A DNA stretch of 64,000 nucleotides from Burkholderiaceae bacterium (lineage in GTDB: Bacteria; Pseudomonadota; Gammaproteobacteria; Burkholderiales; Burkholderiaceae_D). The stretch covers positions 885 through 64,884 of the forward strand of contig DATBQE010000239.1 of NCBI GenBank assembly GCA_036561005.1, written 5' to 3'. Positions 25,718 through 34,301 of the stretch are shown piece by piece; position 1 is the stretch's first letter, and each line of letters begins with the position of its first letter. A program made the position numbers and the translations under genes. The notes under the pieces were generated by a model that saw nothing but the letters and a program-made list of their open reading frames with translations, made no database searches and had not been told where the DNA came from.

Positions 25718-26971
25718 TCACCCTCCCCCGCTCGCGGTGCCGGTGCGCAGGCTGTCCTTGTCGAACCCGGCCAGACGCTTGTAGCGCAAGGATATGGCCT
25801 CCAGCTCCGAGCGTGGAATCACTTCATCGATATGGGAAAAACCCTGCGGTGCGCGCGTTTCCGCCAATTGCATGACCTGCTCGGGCCCGTTCATGCGATT
25901 GCGCAGGACAATGCCCGTTGTGCGCGGCAAGCGCTCGGCCTCATACTCGCGCAAGGCATACAAAATATCAGGGTCACCCGTGATGCAATCGGTCAGATAG
26001 CGGGCGTCGAGGATGGCCTGCGCGCTGCCGTTCGAACCGATCGGGTACATCGGATGGGCGGCATCGCCCATCAGGGTCACGCGTTCGAAACTCCAGCGCG
26101 GCAAGGGGTCGCGGTCGACCAGGGGGAATTCATAGACCACCTCGGCCGCGTCGATCAAGGCCGGTATGTCGATCCAGCCCCACTTCCAGGCGTCGAATGG
26201 CCGGCTGAAGGTGGATTTGTCGACCTTGCGGTTCCAGTCGGACTTGGGCAATTCGCCGTTCGGCACACGCAGTTCGGCGATCCAGTTGATCAGCGAACGC
26301 CCCTTCTTGCGCAATGGTTCTGAAATCGGATAGCAGACAAATTTCTGGTCCTGGTGCCCCGCCATGAACATGCTGCGTCCATCCATGTATGGCTCGGCCT
26401 CGGTCACCGCGCGCCACAGCATGCGGCCCGAGAAGCGCGGCTGGTCGCCTTGCGGATAGAGGAAGCGCCTGACTGCGGAATGGATGCCATCGGCGCCGAT
26501 CAACAGGTCGGATTCCACCTGCACTGCCGCCTGGTCGGACTGCCTGGTAAATGTGGAGACGACTCTGTCGGCCACTTGTTCGAACGACTGGAATGCATGC
26601 CCCGGATGAATGCGCCCGGCGCCGAGCCGCTCAATGGCCGTCTGCAGCAAGCTCATCTGCAACGCGCCGCGATGGATTGAATATTGCGGCGCATCGTAGC
26701 CGGCGGCGCGGCCGCGCGGTTCGCTCCAGATTTGTTGCCCGAATTTGTTGAAATAAGACAGTGACGACGTTTCCACGCCCTGCTCCGCCAGACATTGCTC
26801 CAGGCCCAGCCGGCAAAGCTGCTGGCTCGCGTGCGGCAGCAAATTGATGCCAACGCCGAGCGGTCGGATCTCGGACACCGCTTCATAGACATCAACCTCG
26901 ACGCCGCGCTCGTACAACATCAGGGCCAGGCTCAATCCGCCGATGCCTGCGCCCGCAATGGTGATTTTCAT
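25718..26971 (-). CDS. FAD-dependent aromatic-ring monooxygenase (salicylate/3-hydroxybenzoate hydroxylase-like)
   Basis: Met54 of the track ORF, preceded by GGAGAC. MKITIAGAGIGGLSLALML is the GxGxxG dinucleotide fold. LIGADGIHSAVR (DG motif) and TLMGDAAHPMYPIGSNGSAQAILDA (GD motif) are present. Confidence 0.85.
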   Translation of the reverse strand: MKITIAGAGIGGLSLALMLYERGVEVDVYEAVSEIRPLGVGINLLPHASQQLCRLGLEQCLAEQGVETSSLSYFNKFGQQIWSEPRGRAAGYDAPQYSIHRGALQMSLLQTAIERLGAGRIHPGHAFQSFEQVADRVVSTFTRQSDQAAVQVESDLLIGADGIHSAVRRFLYPQGDQPRFSGRMLWRAVTEAEPYMDGRSMFMAGHQDQKFVCYPISEPLRKKGRSLINWIAELRVPNGELPKSDWNRKVDKSTFSRPFDAWKWGWIDIPALIDAAEVVYEFPLVDRDPLPRWSFERVTLMGDAAHPMYPIGSNGSAQAILDARYLTDCITGDPDILYALREYEAERLPRTTGIVLRNRMNGPEQVMQLAETRAPQGFSHIDEVIPRSELEAISLRYKRLAGFDKDSLRTGTASGGG

Positions 26972-27094
26972 TTCCGTCTCCAGGTCAATTTTCGTCAGCA
27001 TGCAAACGGGCTGCACGCACAATCCGTGCGCCGCGCGACAGATGCAAATTTCCGAATCGAAGCATTGAATCGATGAATATAAGTTAATGCATAT

Positions 27095-27111
27095 TGTTAT
27101 ACTGTATAACA
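27095..27111. promoter_or_regulatory. palindromic operator candidate TGTTAT-ACTGT-ATAACA
   Basis: Perfect 6-N5-6 inverted repeat in the monooxygenase/MarR divergent intergenic region. It overlaps a second palindrome, ACAGTT-CTA-AACTGT (27109-27123). Confidence 0.5.
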
Positions 27112-27299
27112 GTTCTAAACTGTAACACAAGTGGGTTTCCCGTTTACCGTGCTGCTACCGCACGCAACGTGCGAGGCTTGCACGTCGCATCACATCGCAG
27201 CGCCGCAACTTGTGCATTGCGGAATTTTCATAGCGCCCAATCCACCAATCTCATTGTGTTAACATAAGGACATAGCCGCTCCCGATCAATTCCCCCAAT

Positions 27300-27836
27300 A
27301 TGTCCACGCCAAAACAATCCGCCACGAAAAAAATGACGCGCACCGGCGATAGCAGGCGCGCCCCCGGCAAAGCAGGTGCGGTGCACTTCAACGCCCGCAT
27401 CGAAGGGATCAATTACGACATCCTGGAAAATTTGGTCGGCTATGCAGTGCGTCGCGCCCAGCTCTCGATCTACGAGGATTTCGCCGCCACGCTGGGTGAG
27501 GAAGGCGTCACGCCGCAGCGATTTTCGTCGCTCGTCATCATCGGCAGTAATCCGGGCATCTCGCAGACCCGGCTGGCAGAAGTCATGGGCATCGCGCGTT
27601 CCGGCGTGGTTTCCATCATCGACAGCTTCGAAGGCGCCGGCATGCTGGAACGACAGGATTCCGGCGACCGTCGCTCCTACAACCTGCACCTCACCAGAGA
27701 AGGCCAGCGCCAACTGAAACGCTACAAAATCGCAGTCAAGGAACACGACGACCATATCAGCCAGCAGTTGACTGAAGCAGAGAAACGGCAATTGCTTGCG
27801 TTGCTCGGCAAGCTGTGCGCCGGCCCCGGGCGCTAG
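27300..27836 (+). CDS. MarR-family transcriptional regulator
   Basis: 178-aa ORF. SSLVIIGSNPGISQTRLAEVMGIARSGVVSIIDSFEGAGMLERQDSGDRRSYNLHLTREG is a MarR winged helix. The 244-aa ORF 27228..27962(-) is its antisense shadow. Confidence 0.85.
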   Translation: MSTPKQSATKKMTRTGDSRRAPGKAGAVHFNARIEGINYDILENLVGYAVRRAQLSIYEDFAATLGEEGVTPQRFSSLVIIGSNPGISQTRLAEVMGIARSGVVSIIDSFEGAGMLERQDSGDRRSYNLHLTREGQRQLKRYKIAVKEHDDHISQQLTEAEKRQLLALLGKLCAGPGR

Positions 27837-28107
27837 CGGTACGGGTACGTGACCGAAACTGCCGCAAAGACAAACCCCGCAAAAACCACCACAAAATGAT
27901 GCAGCGCGCAATATGCGCAGGTAGCGGTCGCCCCGCAGTTTAAGGGTTCGCCTATCGCACACTTTCCATCAGACGCGCTGGCATGGGCCAACGCCGCACC
28001 GTCTCCCACAACTATGCAGGCCCGCCAGGACGGCACACCGCATCTGTGCCTGCAGGCGGAGCGGTGCAGGCTTGCGTCGCCTGGCGAAATTCATTATATT
28101 CAATAAC

Positions 28108-28124
28108 TGTTATGTTGGATAACA
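28108..28124. promoter_or_regulatory. second copy of operator candidate TGTTAT-GTTGG-ATAACA
   Basis: Same 6-N5-6 half-sites as 27095-27111, located about 170 nt upstream of the ABC transporter operon start. Confidence 0.45.
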
Positions 28125-28295
28125 ATCATGCGGCATGACATGAAATGAAGCGGCACGCTTTGAATTGATTCGTTCGCACGGTATCGTTGATAAAAATAAA
28201 TCAGGGCGGTGCCTGGTGACCCGGACCATGGAGTTGCACAGTGAGATGCGCATCGCCCGCCGCAGATCATCGACGAACAAGCACATGGAGACAAT

Positions 28296-29360
28296 GTGGA
28301 TTGGCAGATATTCGGCATTCTGACGCAGGATGGCATCACCTCGGGAGCGATCTATGCGTTGCTGGCGATTGCGCTGGTGCTGGTTTTTTCGGTGACGCGG
28401 GTGATTTTCATTCCCCAGGGCGAGTTCGTGGCCTACGGCGCGTTGACGCTGGCGGCCATCCAGAACGGCGTTGCACCCAAAGTCACCTGGCTGCTCGTTG
28501 CCATGGGCGTGCTGGTATTTCTGCTCGAAGCAGGCTCGGCATGGCTACCGATGCGGAAGCGCCCCGGGCGCAACAAGCCGGGCCGGGCAATCGCCTTGTG
28601 TGCGGTGAAATACCTTGCCTTCCCGCTGGCAGTGCATGTGGCGACCCAGAAACTTCCCTTGGCGAGCTTGCCTGCGGCCCTGCAGGTGCTGCTGACTGTC
28701 TGCATCGTCGTGCCGCTTGGTCCCATGCTCTACCGCGCAGCTTACCAGCGCCTGTCGCAGGCTTCCATTCTGGTGTTGCTCATTGTCTCGGTCAGCGCGC
28801 ATCTCGTTCTGACCGGCGCAGGCTTGTTGGCGTTCGGTGCCGAAGGCACGCGCACCCGGCCGTTCAATGACTTTACAACAGATGTGGGCGGCATCGGCAT
28901 CACGGGCCAATCGATCACCGTCGTATTGACGGCGGCCGCGCTGATCGTGCTGCTCTATCTGTATTTCGACCGCTCCCTGTCCGGCAAGGCATTGCGCGCC
29001 ACGGCGGTCAACAGGCTGGGGGCGAATCTTGTGGCCATCGGCACGGCGCAGACCGGCAAGCTCGCATTCACGCTGGCAGCCGCAATCGGCACACTGTCGG
29101 GCATCCTGATCGGACCCATGACCACGCTGTTTTACGACTCCGGCTTTCTCATTGGATTGAAAGGCTTTGTGGCGGCGATTGTCGGCGGCCTCGCCAGTTA
29201 CCCGCTGGCCGCGCTCGGCGCGCTGTTTGTCGGTTTGCTGGAGGCGTATAGCTCCTTCATCGCCAGCGAGTTCAAGGAAGTCATCGTATTCACCATGATC
29301 CTGCCGGTTCTCTTGTGGCGCTCGCTCGCCGGCAAGCATCTGGCCGAGGAAGACCATTGA
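28296..29360 (+). CDS. Liv-type (HAAT family) ABC transporter permease, LivH-like
   Basis: 354-aa polytopic ORF. The N-terminal GITSGAIYALLAIALVLVFSVTRVIFIPQGEF is typical of LivH-type permeases. Confidence 0.85.
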   Translation: MDWQIFGILTQDGITSGAIYALLAIALVLVFSVTRVIFIPQGEFVAYGALTLAAIQNGVAPKVTWLLVAMGVLVFLLEAGSAWLPMRKRPGRNKPGRAIALCAVKYLAFPLAVHVATQKLPLASLPAALQVLLTVCIVVPLGPMLYRAAYQRLSQASILVLLIVSVSAHLVLTGAGLLAFGAEGTRTRPFNDFTTDVGGIGITGQSITVVLTAAALIVLLYLYFDRSLSGKALRATAVNRLGANLVAIGTAQTGKLAFTLAAAIGTLSGILIGPMTTLFYDSGFLIGLKGFVAAIVGGLASYPLAALGALFVGLLEAYSSFIASEFKEVIVFTMILPVLLWRSLAGKHLAEEDH

Positions 29361-29376
29361 GCAGCCAAGGTAAGCA

Positions 29377-31155
29377 ATGAACCGAAACCGCCTCATGATG
29401 GCCGGCCTGATCGCGGCCGGCGCCTTGCTCCCGGCACTGACTGCGCCCGGCTATTGGATCAACCTGCTCGACTACGTCGGCCTCTATGCGCTGGTGGCCG
29501 TCGGCCTGGTACTGTTGACCGGAATCGGCGGCATGACTTCTTTCGGCCAGGCCGCATTCGTCGGCATCGGCGCCTACACCACCGCCTACCTCTCGACCGA
29601 ATATGGCGTTTCACCCTGGCTCGGCTTGCCGGCAGGCGTGGCGTTGACTGCCCTGTTCGCCTACGTCATCGGCCAGGTGACGATGCGCATGGCCGGGCAC
29701 TACCTGCCGCTGGCCACCATTGCCTGGGGCATCTCGCTCTACTTCGTGTTCGGCAACCTGGCGTTCCTCGGCAAATATGACGGCCTTAACGGCATCCCTG
29801 CCATTACCCTGGCCGGCATCGACATGACCGACAGCCGCGCCATGTATTACCTGATCTGGGGCATCGTGCTGCTGGCCGTGGTCGCCGTCGGCAACTTGCT
29901 CAACTCGCGGCCGGGGCGCGCCATACGCGCGCTCAAAGGCGGCAATATCATGGCCGAGGCCATGGGCATCGATACGGCGAAAATCAGGATCGCCATCTTC
30001 GTCATGGCCGCCATGCTGGCAAGCACCTCGGGATGGCTGTATGCCCACTTGCAACGCTCGGTCAACCCGTCGCCGTTTGGCCTGAACTATGGCATCGAAT
30101 ATCTGTTCATGGTCGTGGTCGGGGGCATGGGCAGCCTGTGGGGCGCGCTACTCGGTGCGGCCCTGCTGACGATACTCAAAGACGTGCTGCAAGATACACT
30201 GCCGCGTCTGTTGGGCAGCGCAGGCAACTTTGAAATCATCGTCTTCGGCGCGCTGGTCATCGTCCTGCTGCAATATGCGCCGCACGGCATCTGGGCCTTT
30301 GTGTGCAAGGTTTTCCCGCGTAGGCTGCGCAGCGCTGCACCGGTGCCGGCGGCACGACTCGCCACCCGTGCCAAGCCCCCTGCGGGTGCCGTGATTCTGG
30401 ATGTCAGCATGGCGCGCAAGCAGTTCGGCGGGCTGGTGGCCGTCAACGATGTCAGCTTCAGCGTCAACGCCGGCGAGATCGTCGGCCTGATCGGCCCCAA
30501 CGGCGCCGGCAAATCCACAACCTTCAACCTCGTCACCGGCATCACACCGCTGACCTCGGGCAGCGTCACCTTTCTCGGCCAGCCTATCGCGGGCGCACGG
30601 TCACGCGACATTGCCAAGCGCGGCATCGGGCGCACCTTCCAGCATGTGCGATTGATGCCTGCCATGTCGGTGCTGGAGAACGTCGCACTCGGTTGCCACC
30701 TGCGCGGCGATTTTCGTCCCCAGGGCGGATTCGTCGCCGGCATGCTGCGCCTTAACAAGGACGAAGAAGCCAAGATATTTCACGAAGCCGCCATTCAGAT
30801 CGAGCGTGCCGGACTGAAGGAGCACATGCATGCCGAAGCCGGCAGCCTCGCGCTCGGTCAACAGCGCATCGTGGAGATTGCCCGCGCTTTATGCTGCGAC
30901 CCGGCCTTGCTGTTGTTGGACGAACCCGCAGCCGGCCTGCGCCATCAGGAAAAACAGACCCTCGCCTTGCTGTTGCAACAGCTCAAGGCCGACGGCATGA
31001 GCATTCTGATTGTGGAACACGATATGGACTTTGTCATGGGGTTGACCGACAAGCTGGTGGTGATGGAGTTCGGCAGCAAGATCGCGGAGGGCACGCCGCA
31101 GGCGGTACGGCAAGACCCGGTCGTGCTGGAAGCTTACCTCGGCGGCGTAGACTAA
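29377..31155 (+). CDS. fused Liv-type permease (LivM-like) + ATP-binding (LivG-like) protein
   Basis: 592-aa ORF. The N-terminal ~330 aa are polytopic. The C-terminal half has Walker A GPNGAGKST, LALGQQRIVEIARAL and Walker B LLLLDEPAAGL. Confidence 0.85.
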   Translation: MNRNRLMMAGLIAAGALLPALTAPGYWINLLDYVGLYALVAVGLVLLTGIGGMTSFGQAAFVGIGAYTTAYLSTEYGVSPWLGLPAGVALTALFAYVIGQVTMRMAGHYLPLATIAWGISLYFVFGNLAFLGKYDGLNGIPAITLAGIDMTDSRAMYYLIWGIVLLAVVAVGNLLNSRPGRAIRALKGGNIMAEAMGIDTAKIRIAIFVMAAMLASTSGWLYAHLQRSVNPSPFGLNYGIEYLFMVVVGGMGSLWGALLGAALLTILKDVLQDTLPRLLGSAGNFEIIVFGALVIVLLQYAPHGIWAFVCKVFPRRLRSAAPVPAARLATRAKPPAGAVILDVSMARKQFGGLVAVNDVSFSVNAGEIVGLIGPNGAGKSTTFNLVTGITPLTSGSVTFLGQPIAGARSRDIAKRGIGRTFQHVRLMPAMSVLENVALGCHLRGDFRPQGGFVAGMLRLNKDEEAKIFHEAAIQIERAGLKEHMHAEAGSLALGQQRIVEIARALCCDPALLLLDEPAAGLRHQEKQTLALLLQQLKADGMSILIVEHDMDFVMGLTDKLVVMEFGSKIAEGTPQAVRQDPVVLEAYLGGVD

Positions 31156-31156
31156 A

Positions 31157-31900
31157 ATGGCCAACCTGTTCGAACTGAAAAATCTGCATGCCTGCTACGG
31201 CAAGGTCGAAGCCGTGCACGGCATCAGCCTCTCGCTTGAAGCCGGCCAGATTGTCTCGATGATCGGCCCGAACGGCGCCGGCAAATCCACTGCGCTTAAC
31301 GCCGCCATGGGCGCCCTGCCGGACGGCGCCGAAGCCAGCGGCCAGATCCTGTTCATGGGCCAGGACATCATGGACATGCCCGTTGAAGAGCGCGTGATGC
31401 TCGGCATTTCGCTGGTGCCGGAGCGGCGCGAGCTGTTTTCAGCTATGAGCGTGCAAGACAATCTCAAGCTCGGCGCCTTTCCGCGCAAGCGCGCCGGCGC
31501 GAAACATTTCATGGACCAGCTCGAAGTCGTCTACGCGATCTTCCCGCGCCTGAAGGAACGCGCGCGCCAGGAAGCCGCCACGCTTTCCGGCGGCGAGCGG
31601 CAAATGCTGGCCCTGGGCCGCGCCCTCATGGCCAAGCCCACCTTGTTGATGCTCGACGAACCGAGCCTGGGGCTGGCGCCGCGCATCGTGAAAGACATAT
31701 TTCACATCATCAGCGACTTGAGAAAAACCGGCGTCGCCACCCTGCTGGTCGAACAGAATGCGCGGGCGGCGCTCCAGGTGTCGGATTACGGCTACGTGAT
31801 CGAAACAGGCGAGATCACGATCCATGGCAAGGCTTCGGAGCTGGCGCACGACCAACGCGTCATCGATGCCTACCTCGGCCTTGCGAGAAAGGCCGCATGA
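31157..31900 (+). CDS. Liv-type ABC transporter ATP-binding protein (LivF-like)
   Basis: 247 aa. Walker A GPNGAGKST, LSGGERQMLALGRAL and LLMLDEPSLGLAP are present. Confidence 0.9.
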   Translation: MANLFELKNLHACYGKVEAVHGISLSLEAGQIVSMIGPNGAGKSTALNAAMGALPDGAEASGQILFMGQDIMDMPVEERVMLGISLVPERRELFSAMSVQDNLKLGAFPRKRAGAKHFMDQLEVVYAIFPRLKERARQEAATLSGGERQMLALGRALMAKPTLLMLDEPSLGLAPRIVKDIFHIISDLRKTGVATLLVEQNARAALQVSDYGYVIETGEITIHGKASELAHDQRVIDAYLGLARKAA

Positions 31901-31997
31901 GCGAAACCACCAAAACGGAATCACCAAAGCCGCAGCAATAATGCCGCCTGAACAACCATCGCCGCACAAGAAAGCATCATACAACCAGGAGACCACC

Positions 31998-33137
31998 ATG
32001 CAAATCGCCGCCAGATTATCGCTACTTTGCCTGCTTACCACAGCCATGTTCAATGCCCACGCCGATATCACCATCGGCGTGAGCCTCCCTTTGACCGGCC
32101 CCGCCTCCGGCCTCGGCATACCGACCAAAAACGGTATCGGCATGTGGCCGGACACCATCGGCGGCGAGAAAGTGAAACTGGTCGTACTCGACGATGCGTC
32201 CGATCCGACACAGTCGAGCAAGAACGCGCGCCGCCTGATCACCGAAGACAGAGTTGACGTCATCATCGGCTCCACCTCGACACCCGCCTCGGTCGCGCTG
32301 GCGGAGGTGGCGCAGGAATTGAAGACGCCGCAAATCTCCACCTCCCCGGTGGAATTGCCCGCCGGCAAGGGCCTGTGGACTTTCCGCGTCGCGCAATCGA
32401 CACCGCTGATGGCAAGCGCGATCGTCAATCACATGAAGAATCGCGGCATCAAAACCTACGCCTACCTCGGCTACGCCGATGCCTACGGCGAAGCCTGGCT
32501 GCGCGACTTCACCAGCGCAGCGACCAAGGCCGGCTTGCAGCAGGTCGGCGCGGAACGCTTTAACCGGACCGACACATCGGTCACGGCCCAGGCTTTGAAA
32601 ATCGTCGCAACCAAGCCCGATGCGATCCTGATCGGCGCGTCCGGCAGCGGCGCAGCCATGCCGCACAAGGCCTTGATCGAACGCGGCTACAAAGGCACGA
32701 TCTACCAGACCCACGGGGCAGTGTCGCACGACCTGATCCGCCTGGGCGGCAAAGACGTGGAAGGCTGCTTCGTGGTGGCAGGTCTTGCCATCCTGCCCGA
32801 ACTGCTGCCGGACGACCATCCCTCCAAGAAACTGGCTACCGATTTCGTCAACCGCTATGAAAAGCAATACGGCGAGGGTTCCAGAAACCAATTCGCCGCC
32901 CACGGCTACGACGCCTATCTGGTGTTGAACCAGGTTGTTCCGCAGGCACTGAAGAAAGCCAAGCCCGGCACGCCGGAATTCCATGCCGCGCTCAAGGACG
33001 CGCTGGAATCGGGCGGCGGCATCGCCATTACCCAGGGCGTATTGCAATACTCGCCAACGGACCACTTCGGCCTGGAGGAAAAGGCGCGCGTCATGCTGAC
33101 CGTGCAAAACGGCGCCTGGAAAGCCGTGGCGCCGTGA
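31998..33137 (+). CDS. periplasmic substrate-binding protein of Liv-type ABC transporter
   Basis: Met59 of the track ORF, preceded by AGGAG. Signal peptide MQIAARLSLLCLLTTAMFNAHA, followed by DITIGVSLPLTGPASGLG, typical of the type I PBP (LivK/LivJ-like) family. Confidence 0.85.
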   Translation: MQIAARLSLLCLLTTAMFNAHADITIGVSLPLTGPASGLGIPTKNGIGMWPDTIGGEKVKLVVLDDASDPTQSSKNARRLITEDRVDVIIGSTSTPASVALAEVAQELKTPQISTSPVELPAGKGLWTFRVAQSTPLMASAIVNHMKNRGIKTYAYLGYADAYGEAWLRDFTSAATKAGLQQVGAERFNRTDTSVTAQALKIVATKPDAILIGASGSGAAMPHKALIERGYKGTIYQTHGAVSHDLIRLGGKDVEGCFVVAGLAILPELLPDDHPSKKLATDFVNRYEKQYGEGSRNQFAAHGYDAYLVLNQVVPQALKKAKPGTPEFHAALKDALESGGGIAITQGVLQYSPTDHFGLEEKARVMLTVQNGAWKAVAP

Positions 33138-33748
33138 TCATGCGCCAGTGGCGCCGCTGTGCGCGCATCGTGGGCGCACCCAAGGGCCGCTGAAGATTCG
33201 TGCACCTACGACTCGAAGGCGTGCAGTAGGGCGCGTGGGCAGCGATGCAGCTTCGCCCGGCGCCCGATTGGCCTTGCCGCGCGCTGCAACTTTGGGCGGC
33301 GCTTCAAGCACGGAGATCGGCCCATGCGGCAAGTTGTCCTATTGAACCGCCTTGGCGAGACTTTGTGCACTGTCAGGAGTCTGCATTGATCTTTATGGCC
33401 GTGCCCCAAGCAACAAGGAGTCGTCGTGTCGGCCGATATGACGCTTTGGCAGAGCAACGCGCGTTCAAGGCGCGTTGCCGGAGCAAACTCGTCTACGCAA
33501 AACTGTAAAGTCGCGACAACCTGTTCGTTGCGCCGACCCTGAGTTCGTTTGCAGCCGCAACCACCCACAGCAATCGAAAATCCAAAGGCCTCTCCGAGGA
33601 AATGCTGACTGACCGCAGCGGAATCGAAAGCTGGCCCATCGCCGCCTGCATCTCCCCTGCAAAATCGATTGATCGACAAATCGCCGCGCGTTCGCCATAA
33701 TATTTTGCCTTGGGGCCTTCCCCGCCCCTGCGTTACGAGACAAGCGAT

Positions 33749-34210
33749 ATGAATCAGATTGCCAAATTATGCCCGGCTGAAGATATTCTGCTGGCACGCG
33801 ACATTCGCAACAAGGGCCAGCTTTTCGACGTGGTCGCGCGCCATTTCGAACAACGCCACGGTTTGTCGGTCAAAGACGTGGACGACAGCCTGAACGCCCG
33901 CGAAGCCCTGGGTTCGACCGGCGTGGGAAACGGTGTGGCGATTCCGCATGCACGCATGGCCGGCCTGCAGCACGTGGTGGCCGCATTCGTCCGCCCCAAG
34001 GTCGCCATTGCGTTTGACGCACCGGACCGCAAACCGGTGTCGGATGTGCTGGTGTTGCTGGTGCCGGAAGAGGCGTTGCAGGAACACCTGCAAATCCTGG
34101 CCGACATCGCGCACCTGTTTTCCGACCGGCGCTTTCGCGATCAATTGCAAGCTTGCGCCGGACCCGACGAGGTAAGCCGAATTTTCAGGGACTGGCCGTC
34201 CAAGGGATAA
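33749..34210 (+). CDS. PTS EIIA(Ntr)/PtsN-like domain protein
   Basis: Met14 of the track ORF. REALGSTGVGNGVAIPHARM contains the EIIA-2 phosphorylatable His motif. 153 aa. Confidence 0.8.
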   Translation: MNQIAKLCPAEDILLARDIRNKGQLFDVVARHFEQRHGLSVKDVDDSLNAREALGSTGVGNGVAIPHARMAGLQHVVAAFVRPKVAIAFDAPDRKPVSDVLVLLVPEEALQEHLQILADIAHLFSDRRFRDQLQACAGPDEVSRIFRDWPSKG

Positions 34211-34301
34211 CTTCCGCGGCTTGGCGTGCGAAAATTAGCACCCTGGCGGCGGCGCCAAGTTTCGCAAGCCGGCGCCGCAGCAAACAAATTTAGAACACAA
34301 C

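Noticed and set aside
27228-27962. 244-aa minus-strand ORF
   Set aside because: It is antisense to the MarR gene, which has a clear winged-helix motif.
33206-33679. 157-aa minus-strand ORF (plus 33245..33508+ and 33465..33797-)
   Set aside because: Implausible Arg/Cys-rich sequences with no SD and no motifs. I kept the region only as 'unexplained non-coding' in a finding.
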